Source of the DNA: Pseudomonadota bacterium | Lineage (GTDB): Bacteria; Pseudomonadota; Alphaproteobacteria; Rhizobiales; Hyphomicrobiaceae | Reading direction: 5' to 3' | Assembly (NCBI GenBank): GCA_021816505.1 | Contig: JAKAXS010000001.1 | Location: 1 to 27,149, forward strand | DNA length: 27,149 bases | Part shown: positions 16,442 to 24,264 of the stretch, one piece after another | Layout of the letters: each line of letters starts with the position of its first letter | Position numbering within the stretch: position 1 is the stretch's first letter | Made by a program: the position numbers and the translations under genes | Notes under the pieces: generated by a model | What the model was told of the DNA's origin: nothing | The model's database searches: none | The model's input: the letters and a program-made list of their open reading frames with translations, nothing else

Positions 16442-17605
16442 TTACGCCTCCGCCGGCGCCTTCGCCTTGACCGGCGCCATGCGCCGATAGACGAACGCCG
16501 GTGCCTCTTGCTTGGATGCTTCCTCGGCGATCTGCACGAAGTCTTGGTGGATCGGCGAGAGTGAGCAAGCCGGGTCGACGTTCGTGGCGTCTCCCGTCAT
16601 CGCGAACGCCTGGCAGCGGCAGCCGCCGAAATCGAACTCGCGTTTCGGACAGGTCTTGCAGGGATCCTGCATCCACTCGAATCCGCGATACTTCTGGAAC
16701 GCCTGGCCGTTGATCCAGATCTCGCGCAGCGTCTTGTCGCGGACGTTGTCGAACTCCAGACCGGGAAGGGTCTCGGCGGCGTGACAGGGCAGGACGCGCC
16801 CCGACGGCGTGACGTTCATGATGCCGCGACCCCAACCGCCCATGCAGGGCTTCGGCGTCTTGGCGTAGTAGTCGGGCACGACGAAGTCGAACGTCATGAT
16901 GCCCTTGAGGCGCTCCTTCGCTTCTTCGACGATGTGGGCGGTCTTGATGACCTGCGCCCGCGACGGCATCAGCGCGGAGCGGTTCTTGAGCGCCCAGGCG
17001 TAGTACTGCACGTGGGCGACTTCGATGCGGCCGGCGCCAAGTTCGACGGCAAAGTCGATGATGTTGGGGAGGTTTTCGATGTTCGCGCGATGCAGCGGCG
17101 CGTTCACCGTCAAAGGCATGTCGAGCTCTTTGACCCAGCGGCCGACATCGCGCTTTTTCTGTAGGCCACCCTTGTACGCAGAGATGCGTTCAGCGTTCGC
17201 GTCGTCCACGTCCTGGATGGACAGCTGGACGTGATCGAGGCCCAAATCCTTCAGCTTCGCCAGACGCTCTTTGGTCAGCAGTACGCCGGCGGTGATGAGG
17301 TTCGTGTAGAGCCCCACCTCGGACGCCACCTGAACGATATCTTCCAGATCGCGGCGCGCGGTCGGTTCGCCGCCGGACAGATGGATCTGCAGCACGCCCA
17401 GGTCGGCGGCCTGGCGCATGACGCTCTGCCACTCGGCCGTGGTCAGCTCCGTGTTGGCGCGCTCCAGCTCCACCGGATTGGAGCAGTAGGGACACTGCAA
17501 CGGGCACTTGTGCGTCAGTTCCGCCAGCAGGCCGACGGGCGCACGACCGCACGCCTCGGCAGCCGTTTGGGCTTCCTGCGTCTGGACGGGTGTCAGATCG
17601 TTCAT
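16442..17605 (-). CDS. pqqE: PQQ biosynthesis radical SAM peptide cyclase
   Basis: LAELTHKCPLQCPYCSNP, SGGEPT, PDYY..TPKPCMGGWG, SPASM region CFGGCRCQAF-like (FGGCRCQAF). Confidence 0.96.
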   Translation of the reverse strand: MNDLTPVQTQEAQTAAEACGRAPVGLLAELTHKCPLQCPYCSNPVELERANTELTTAEWQSVMRQAADLGVLQIHLSGGEPTARRDLEDIVQVASEVGLYTNLITAGVLLTKERLAKLKDLGLDHVQLSIQDVDDANAERISAYKGGLQKKRDVGRWVKELDMPLTVNAPLHRANIENLPNIIDFAVELGAGRIEVAHVQYYAWALKNRSALMPSRAQVIKTAHIVEEAKERLKGIMTFDFVVPDYYAKTPKPCMGGWGRGIMNVTPSGRVLPCHAAETLPGLEFDNVRDKTLREIWINGQAFQKYRGFEWMQDPCKTCPKREFDFGGCRCQAFAMTGDATNVDPACSLSPIHQDFVQIAEEASKQEAPAFVYRRMAPVKAKAPAEA

Positions 17606-17662
17606 CTCGTCACCGCTCCGTAAATCGGTTCAGGCCGCGCCGACGGCTTCTTCTCCCTGCCG

Positions 17663-17971
17663 CTACGTCGCGGCGACCACCACACCCTTATCCGCCAATT
17701 CTTGAAACATTCCGATAACGTCGGATTGAATCTCGGCGGCGGGTGCGTCGTACTCCTTAGATAGTTCTTCTACGATGTCCGTAACACTGCGGACCCCATC
17801 ACATCGCTTCAACACTGCGACAGCTGGCTCGTCCGGCTCGAAAACACGCTCCGGTCCCAGGATGATCCAGCGCCCCCGGCCGGCCTCATGGCGAAGCTTG
17901 ATGTGCGGGGGCATGCGCAACACGGATGATGCGTCGACGATCGTGCGCGTGCGTGGTTTGGTTTCGGCCAT
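17663..17971 (-). CDS. pqqD: PQQ biosynthesis peptide chaperone
   Basis: RWIILGPERVFEPDEPAVAVLKRCDG...DV..MFQELADKG. Start reassigned to the ATG at 17971, which overlaps the pqqC stop (TGATG). Confidence 0.9.
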   Translation of the reverse strand: MAETKPRTRTIVDASSVLRMPPHIKLRHEAGRGRWIILGPERVFEPDEPAVAVLKRCDGVRSVTDIVEELSKEYDAPAAEIQSDVIGMFQELADKGVVVAAT

Positions 17972-18753
17972 CAAACGGCCTCCGGCCGGAAAGCGCCCGG
18001 CGGGATATTGCCCGGCTCGAAGTAGGCGTGATGCAGCGCGTCGAGCTGGACCCAGAGAACGTTGCACTTGAAGCGAACGGCTTCCACGCAAGCGTCCTGC
18101 TCGTCGCGGTTCTTCGCGTTGACGAGCACGTACTGTAGCGCGAATTCGCTATCGCGCGGCGCCTGAACGAGCCGGCGCTTGAAGTAGGCCATGACGTCGT
18201 CGTTGATGAAGTCGTAGTTTTCGAGCATGCCCGAAATGCGCTCTTTGTGGATCTTGGGCGCAAACAGCTCCGTCAGCGAAGAGGCGACGGCGACCGTCAG
18301 CGGCTGCTCGCGCACGAAGTTCACGTAGGCTTCGACGGCAAAGCGCGTGGCAGGCAGCGCGCCCTTCATCGATTGCACATAGTCGCGATCGAGGCCCAGA
18401 CCATCGGTCAGCACGAGCCAGCGCTCGATGCCGCCTTCTTCATCTCCGAAGCCGTCGTGATCGAGAATGCGGTGCACCCATTCGCTACGCAGCTCGCGAT
18501 CCTGCGCACGGCTGATCAGGGCGCCGTCTTTGCGCGGCACGGCCGACTGGTAGCAATAGCGATTGAGGGCCCAGGCCTGGACCTGCCCCTTGTTCAGCTT
18601 GCCGCCGTGCAGCAGCTTATGAAACGGATGCTTGTCGTGGTAGCGCTCGGCGCCGACCGCGCGGATCGCGGCTTCGAACTCCTGGATGCCAAGCATCGGC
18701 GCGTTGGCGGCCTTCGTTTCCATCGCCTGCGTAACAGATCGGCGCTCGCTCAT
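17971..18753 (-). CDS. pqqC: Pyrroloquinoline quinone synthase
   Basis: YHDKHPFH, WALNRYCYQ..VPRKD, RILDHDG, GGIERW, SLTELFAP, FKCNVLW. Confidence 0.96.
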   Translation of the reverse strand: MSERRSVTQAMETKAANAPMLGIQEFEAAIRAVGAERYHDKHPFHKLLHGGKLNKGQVQAWALNRYCYQSAVPRKDGALISRAQDRELRSEWVHRILDHDGFGDEEGGIERWLVLTDGLGLDRDYVQSMKGALPATRFAVEAYVNFVREQPLTVAVASSLTELFAPKIHKERISGMLENYDFINDDVMAYFKRRLVQAPRDSEFALQYVLVNAKNRDEQDACVEAVRFKCNVLWVQLDALHHAYFEPGNIPPGAFRPEAV

Positions 18754-19682
18754 AGGCGTACCTCCATCCCATCGTAACCGACGTCCCAGCCCGCTTGTTC
18801 GGTTGCCTTACGTTCCGGCGAGTTGTCGTTCAGGACGGGGTTCGAATTGTTGATATGTACGTAGATCTTCTTCGCTACATCTAAGTCCTTGAAGGCCGCG
18901 ATCGATCCTTCGGGCCCCGAAATACTGATGTGGCCCATGCGTGCGCCGGTCTTCGGCATCAGGCCCTGCTGCAGCATTTCGTCGTCAGTGTAGAGCGTCC
19001 CGTCGAAAAATACGAGCGGAGCACCTTGTAAACGTTGACGTAACGGGGGGTCGAGTTCAGCGCAGCCGGGGACATAGAAGAACGCCTTCCCGGTTGCTGG
19101 CGCCGAAACCTTGAGCCCGATCGTGTCGCCTGACTTGCTGCCGAAGTTGCCGCCTTTGGAGGCGTCTTCGAGGTAGAGCGCCACCTTGCCCGGCACATCG
19201 AAGGCTTCGATGGTGATGCCGGTCGGCCCGTCCGGACCTTCGATCGCGATCGGCTGATTCATCGGCAGATCGTGGCGGGCGACAACGCCACCGGCCAGCA
19301 CGTTGAATATGGAGTTGGCGGCCAGCGTGTCCATGACGCGCTTGGAGCCGTAAACCGAGAACGGTTGCGCCTCGCGCAGGTTGATCAAGCCCGTGACATG
19401 ATCGACGTCGCCATTGGTGACGACGGCGGCCTTGATCGGGGAGTTGCGCAACGCGCCGCTGGCGGCGGAACCCAACTGCGGGGTTTCGTTAATTTGCTGG
19501 CGCAGGTCTGGCGACGCGTTCAACAGCACCCAGTTCGTGCCGTCGGCACTAACCGCGAGCGAAGACTGTGTGCGTGCCTTAAAGCCGGGCTTGCCCGCGC
19601 GGACGTCGGCGCAGTTCCGGCAGTTGCAATTCCATTGGGGAAATCCACCTCCCGCGGCGGACCCCAAAACTCGAATCATCAT
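18750..19682 (-). CDS. pqqB: PQQ biosynthesis protein B (metallo-beta-lactamase fold)
   Basis: RVLGSAAGGGFPQWNCNC..C, RTQSS, LNASPD, DHVTGL, MGH, HINNSNP. Start is ATG 19682 or 19679. Confidence 0.96.
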   Translation of the reverse strand: MMIRVLGSAAGGGFPQWNCNCRNCADVRAGKPGFKARTQSSLAVSADGTNWVLLNASPDLRQQINETPQLGSAASGALRNSPIKAAVVTNGDVDHVTGLINLREAQPFSVYGSKRVMDTLAANSIFNVLAGGVVARHDLPMNQPIAIEGPDGPTGITIEAFDVPGKVALYLEDASKGGNFGSKSGDTIGLKVSAPATGKAFFYVPGCAELDPPLRQRLQGAPLVFFDGTLYTDDEMLQQGLMPKTGARMGHISISGPEGSIAAFKDLDVAKKIYVHINNSNPVLNDNSPERKATEQAGWDVGYDGMEVRL

Positions 19683-19703
19683 GTGTAAAACAGCTTTGCA
19701 AGG

Positions 19704-19737
19704 CGGCCGCCGACGCCGCAAACGACGACGGCGGCCG
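19704..19737 (-). terminator. Strong stem-loop between pqqA and pqqB (terminator or mRNA stabiliser)
   Basis: On the mRNA strand: CGGCCGCCG-UCGUCG-UUUG-CGGCGU-CGGCGGCCG, about 14 paired positions including one G.U. Confidence 0.6.
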
Positions 19738-19790
19738 AGTTATCGACCGCCGCGCCAATCCAGCTCACAATGTGTGAGATTCGACCGTCT

Positions 19791-19880
19791 TTAGATGACG
19801 TCGATCTCGGCCGGCAGGTAGCTCGTGACCTCGAGGCCAACTTCCTGCTCACGGACCTGGGGCTTCATCCAAACCTTCAT
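19791..19880 (-). CDS. pqqA: PQQ precursor peptide, 29 aa (absent from the ORF track)
   Basis: Hand translation gives MKVWMKPQVREQEVGLEVTSYLPAEIDVI*. It has the E-x3-Y motif (EVTSY), AGGAGG SD, and lies directly upstream of pqqB. Confidence 0.95.
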   Translation of the reverse strand: MKVWMKPQVREQEVGLEVTSYLPAEIDVI

Positions 19881-19978
19881 AACTTCCTCCTAGATTTTTC
19901 GGCAAGCTGCCTTCCCACTCGAAAGACCCCGCCGAGGGTCCCCCAAACTGAAGTAGCCAGTTCTTCTTGACCACCGCA

Positions 19979-20006
19979 GTTCTGCGGATCGGGGATCGCT
20001 TGTCAA
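19979..20006 (-). promoter_or_regulatory. Candidate pqqA promoter
   Basis: Consensus -35 TTGACA (20006-20001), then a weak -10 (CAGAAC) at 16-bp spacing. Confidence 0.4.
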
Positions 20007-20466
20007 GTCCCGTACCGCGTTGGAACTATAAGAACCACGCGGTGCCAACTTGAGCAAATCAATTGGTCCTCACGAAATCGTCAGCGCTTCCGGGGTTGTC
20101 CGATCTCGCCTCCGCCCCACCCGTTGCTGCCGGCCGAAGTCGGCGGCGGTTCGCACGTCCGGCTGACTGTTAGGTCAGCGCCCCAGGTTTGCGCATTGCC
20201 ACGGAAGGACATGCGGAAACTCGCGCCTCAAAGAGAATGGTTTTGCTTTGTGGCGCCGCGACCGGCTGAAGCATAGAAAACTGTTCTCAAATCCTATATA
20301 CGCTGCAAGCCTGTCGGGCTGGCCATTCCTTCACTGGCCGGAAGGGTTCGTTTCTCATTTCCTAGTATGATGGACGGCGCCCTGATCCTGCGGTACTGGC
20401 TCGCGAGTTGCGAAGGCTTCGGCCGGTAGCGTCTCATACAACTTATTGGATGCAATGGAGGCACGC

Positions 20467-22251
20467 GTGGCCGCGGTCCCCTTCCTGCCGAAGAACGCCC
20501 CGTTCACGGTGGAAGACATCAACCTTCTGAACGAACTGGTGGCGCGCTCTACGCCGCTGCAGCGGTCTTGGCTGTCAGGCTTCCTGGCCGGTCTCGATGC
20601 CGCGCAGGCGCAGGCGGGTGCCCAGCCGGCAGCGCCGCCGCGTGCGCGCGTGCCGATGACGATCCTCTACGCCAGCGAATCCGGCAACTGCGAGAGCCTG
20701 GCGCTGAAGGCCAAGAAGATCGCGCAGAAGCATAACTTCGACGCCAAGGTCTTCGACATGGCCGACGTCGACGTGTCCGTGCTGACCAAGACGAAGCATC
20801 TGCTGATCTACGCCGCGACGTGGGGCGAGGGCGATCCCCCGCAGCGCGCGGACGATTTCTACAAGGCGCTGATGAGCGATGCCGCTCCCAAGCTGGACGG
20901 CGTGACGTTTGCCGTACTCGCGCTGGGCGACACGTCCTACGTGAACTTCTGCATGACGGGCCGCCTCATCGATGAGCGGCTCGAAGCGCTGGGCGGCAAA
21001 CGCGGCTTCGACCGGCAGGATCTCGATCTGGACTTCGCCAAGCAGGCGGCGGACTGGACCGAGAAGACCCTGGCCAAGCTCGCTCCGGCCGATGCGCCGG
21101 CAGGCTCGAACACCGTCGTTCACGTCGACTTCAAAGGCGCGATCCCGGATTTGGATCCGAGCGAGCCGGAGTTCACGGCTGAGAACCCGCTGCAGGCGGA
21201 GATCTCGGCGCTGGTCAATCTCAACGGTACGGGCTCGTCGCGCGAGACGTGGCACGTCGAGCTGGCGTTCGACAATCCGGCGTTCGTCTACAATCCCGGC
21301 GACGCGATCGGCGTTCTGCCGGACAACGATCCCGCGGTCGTGGCCGAATTGCTCGACGCCGTTGGTCTCAGTGGTGATACGGGGTTGGCGCAGAAGCTCA
21401 CCAACGAGTTCGACATCACGGCGTTGACGCGCCCTGCGGTCGCCGCGTACGCGAAGCTGACCGGCCGTGCCGACGTCGAGAAGATTTCGCAGGGCGATGC
21501 CTTCACCGCCTACGCGGAGGATCGGCAGCTGGTCGATCTGTTCGTCGATCATCGCGAGAAGCTGCAGCCGGATCAGCTCGTGAAGCTGTTGCGGCCTTTG
21601 CCTGGGCGGCTCTACTCCGTGGCGTCGAGCCCGGCCGCGCATCCCGGAGAGGCACACCTGACGATCGGTGCCGTGCGTTGGAATCGCGGCGACGTGAAGC
21701 GCAAGGGTGTTACGTCGACATACTTCGCAGACCGCCGCAAGCCGGGCGACACGGCGCGCATCTACGTGAAGCCGAACCGTCATTTCCGGCTGCCCGAGGA
21801 CGGCAATCGCAAGATCGTCATGATCGGCGCCGGCACGGGCATCGCGCCGTATCGCGGGTTCATCGAGCAGCGCGCGGAGGCCGGCGCGACGGGCGAAAGC
21901 TGGTTGTTCTTCGGCGAACGCAATTTCACGTACGACTTCCTGTACCAGCTCGAGTGGCAGGACTTCCTTGCAGCCAAGAACCTGTCGCGCATCGACGTGG
22001 CGTTCTCGCGCGATCAGCCGGAGAAGATCTACGTGCAGCATCGCCTCTGGCAGCAGCGTGCCGATCTGCAGAAGTGGATCGAGGACGGTGCGCATCTCTA
22101 CGTCTGCGGTGACGAGAAGGGCATGGCCAAGGACGTCGATGCGACGCTGGTCAAGATCCTCGCCGAGACCGCCAAGGGCGACGAGGAAGCGGGACGCGCC
22201 AAGCTGAAGGAACTGGCAAAGGCAGGTCGCTACCAACGGGACGTATATTGA
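20467..22251 (+). CDS. cysJ: NADPH sulfite reductase flavoprotein (alpha) subunit
   Basis: Flavodoxin motifs ILYASESGN, ATWGEGDPP and LALGDTSY; FAD motif RLYSVASS; NADPH motif GAGTGIAPYRGF; C-terminal RYQRDVY. Start is probably the GTG at 20467 (GGAGG 5 nt upstream); ATG 20455 is the alternative. Confidence 0.9.
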   Translation: MAAVPFLPKNAPFTVEDINLLNELVARSTPLQRSWLSGFLAGLDAAQAQAGAQPAAPPRARVPMTILYASESGNCESLALKAKKIAQKHNFDAKVFDMADVDVSVLTKTKHLLIYAATWGEGDPPQRADDFYKALMSDAAPKLDGVTFAVLALGDTSYVNFCMTGRLIDERLEALGGKRGFDRQDLDLDFAKQAADWTEKTLAKLAPADAPAGSNTVVHVDFKGAIPDLDPSEPEFTAENPLQAEISALVNLNGTGSSRETWHVELAFDNPAFVYNPGDAIGVLPDNDPAVVAELLDAVGLSGDTGLAQKLTNEFDITALTRPAVAAYAKLTGRADVEKISQGDAFTAYAEDRQLVDLFVDHREKLQPDQLVKLLRPLPGRLYSVASSPAAHPGEAHLTIGAVRWNRGDVKRKGVTSTYFADRRKPGDTARIYVKPNRHFRLPEDGNRKIVMIGAGTGIAPYRGFIEQRAEAGATGESWLFFGERNFTYDFLYQLEWQDFLAAKNLSRIDVAFSRDQPEKIYVQHRLWQQRADLQKWIEDGAHLYVCGDEKGMAKDVDATLVKILAETAKGDEEAGRAKLKELAKAGRYQRDVY

Positions 22252-22258
22252 TCACTCT

Positions 22259-22367
22259 CCCTCTCCCCGCGCGCGGGGAGAGGGCCGGGGTGAGGGGCAG
22301 CCGCTTGTGTCGGCGCGAGACGCTGCCCCTCACCCTAACCCTCTCCCCGTGAAGGACGGGGAGAGGG
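22259..22367. repeat. Composite palindromic intergenic repeat (CIR/RIME-like)
   Basis: CCCTCTCCCCGC/GCGGGGAGAGGG, then GGGTGAGGGGCAGC...GCTGCCCCTCACCC, then CCCTCTCCCCGT/ACGGGGAGAGGG. Confidence 0.85.
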
Positions 22368-22392
22368 AAACGGCACATATCGGGCATCACCA

Positions 22393-24111
22393 ATGACAGC
22401 AGACAATCGCTCCAAGAACGAGCACATCAAGGAAGACAGCCATCAGCTGCGCGGCACGATCCTCGACGGGCTGTCGGAGGTTGTGACGGGCGCGATCGCG
22501 GAAGACGACACGCAGCTCCTGAAGTTCCACGGCTCCTACATGCAGGACGATCGCGACCTGCGTGGGGAGCGCGCGAAGAAGAAGCTGGAAAAGGCGTTCA
22601 GCTTCATGATCCGCCTGCGCATCCCGGGCGGTCTCGTGACGCCGAAGCAGTGGATCGCGCTTGACGACATCGCGTCGACCTATGCCAACAACACGCTGCG
22701 CCTGACGACGCGGGCGACGTTCCAGTATCACGGCGTCATCAAGTCGAATTTGAAGCGCACGATGCAGGCGATCAACGCGACGTGCCTCGACACCATCGCC
22801 GCGTGCGGCGACGTGAACCGCAACGTGATGTCGGCTGCCAACCCGTTCTTGTCGAAGGCTCACGGCAAAGCCTACGACCTCGCAAAGGGTGTGAGCGATC
22901 ATCTGCTGCCGCGCACGGGTGCCTACCACGAGATCTGGCTCGACGGCGAGAAGGTGACGGACGCGACTCGCAAGGCGGAGGTGGGCGAGGAGCCCATCTA
23001 TGGCGTTCATTACCTGCCGCGCAAATTCAAGATCGTCATTGCCGTGCCGCCGGACAACGACGTCGACATCTTCGCGCACGACCTCGGCTTCATCGCCATA
23101 GAAGAGAAGGGCGAGTTCGTCGGCTGGAACGTGACTGTCGGTGGCGGCATGGGCATGACGCACGGCGAGCTGGACACGTTCCCGCGCACTGCCGACGTGC
23201 TGGGCTTCGTGGCGCCGGAGGATGCCATCCCGGTCGCCGAGGCCGTGATGACGACGCAGCGCGACTGGGGCAACCGCAATCTGCGCAAGCGCGCGCGGCT
23301 GAAATACACGATGGAAGATCGCGGCGTCGAAGCGTTCAAGGCGGAAGTGGAGAAGCGTCTCGGCAAGCCGTTCGGCGCGACGCGGCCGTATACCTTCAAG
23401 TCGACCGGTGACGTGATCGGCTGGCGGCAGGGCCACGACAAGAAGTGGCACTTGACGCTCTTCATCGAGAACGGCCGTATCAAGGACGTTCCGGGCGAGA
23501 CGGCAAAAACGGCCTACCGCAAGCTGGCCGAACAGGGCATTTGCGAGTTCGTTCTGACGTCGAACCAGAACCTGATCCTCACCAACATCGCGCCGAAGAA
23601 CAAGCCGAAGATCGAAGCCTTGCTGAAAGAGCATGGCGTGAGCATCGCGACCTCTTCCGGCATGCGGCGGTCGTCGATGGCGTGCGTATCGCTGCCGACG
23701 TGCGGGCTGGCACTGGCGGAGAGCGAGCGCTTCCTTCCGGGGCTGATCACCGATATCGAGAAGCTGACCGAGAAGGCCGGCTTGCGCGACGACGAGATCG
23801 TGGTGCGGATGACCGGATGCCCCAACGGCTGCGGGCGACCCTACCTGGCCGAGATCGGCTTCGTCGGGCGCACGCCGGGAATCTACAATCTGTATCTCGG
23901 CGCGGCGTTCGATGGCTCGCGGCTGAACAAGCTCTATGCGCAGGATGTGGATCGGGCGAAGATCCTGGCGTTACTCGACCCGCTGATCGCGCGCTATGCC
24001 AAGGAACGCACCGAGGGCGAGCACTTCGGCGACTTCGTCATCCGCGCCGGCGTGATCGCCGCGACCAAGCAGGGCAACGAGTTCCACAGCGATTTGAACC
24101 TGGTGAGCTAG
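22393..24111 (+). CDS. cysI: NADPH sulfite reductase hemoprotein (beta) subunit
   Basis: LLKFHGSYMQDDRD, ACGDVNRN, YLPRKFK, siroheme/4Fe-4S ligands MACVSLPTCGLA and RMTGCPNGC. Confidence 0.96.
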   Translation: MTADNRSKNEHIKEDSHQLRGTILDGLSEVVTGAIAEDDTQLLKFHGSYMQDDRDLRGERAKKKLEKAFSFMIRLRIPGGLVTPKQWIALDDIASTYANNTLRLTTRATFQYHGVIKSNLKRTMQAINATCLDTIAACGDVNRNVMSAANPFLSKAHGKAYDLAKGVSDHLLPRTGAYHEIWLDGEKVTDATRKAEVGEEPIYGVHYLPRKFKIVIAVPPDNDVDIFAHDLGFIAIEEKGEFVGWNVTVGGGMGMTHGELDTFPRTADVLGFVAPEDAIPVAEAVMTTQRDWGNRNLRKRARLKYTMEDRGVEAFKAEVEKRLGKPFGATRPYTFKSTGDVIGWRQGHDKKWHLTLFIENGRIKDVPGETAKTAYRKLAEQGICEFVLTSNQNLILTNIAPKNKPKIEALLKEHGVSIATSSGMRRSSMACVSLPTCGLALAESERFLPGLITDIEKLTEKAGLRDDEIVVRMTGCPNGCGRPYLAEIGFVGRTPGIYNLYLGAAFDGSRLNKLYAQDVDRAKILALLDPLIARYAKERTEGEHFGDFVIRAGVIAATKQGNEFHSDLNLVS

Positions 24112-24129
24112 CGACTGCGGTGTTTGGTT

Positions 24130-24257
24130 CCTTCTCCCCGCGCGCGGGAGAAGGTTAGGATGAGGGGCAGGTTCTTGGGTGCTCCCTTATCAATCCATTG
24201 CGGTGTGCGGAAGCTGCCCCTCACCCCAGCCCTCTCCCCGTAAGGACGGGGAGAGGG
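24130..24257. repeat. Second composite palindromic repeat, between convergent cysI and gcvP
   Basis: CCTTCTCCC..GGGAGAAGG, then TGAGGGGCAG...CTGCCCCTCA with a longer core, then CCCTCTCCCCGT/ACGGGGAGAGGG. Confidence 0.85.
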
Positions 24258-24264
24258 AGATCGA

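Noticed and set aside
19881-20466. SAM-II or other known riboswitch upstream of cysJ
   Set aside because: I could not see the conserved core of any family I know. A cmscan run would be needed to exclude one.
20575-23634. 553-aa and 415-aa minus-strand ORFs
   Set aside because: Antisense shadows of cysJ and cysI, caused by strong GC3 bias.
22259-24257. Repeats as a possible CRISPR array or MITE
   Set aside because: Only two full composite palindromes about 1.8 kb apart, no regular repeat-spacer period, no cas genes, and no clear terminal inverted repeats with target duplications.
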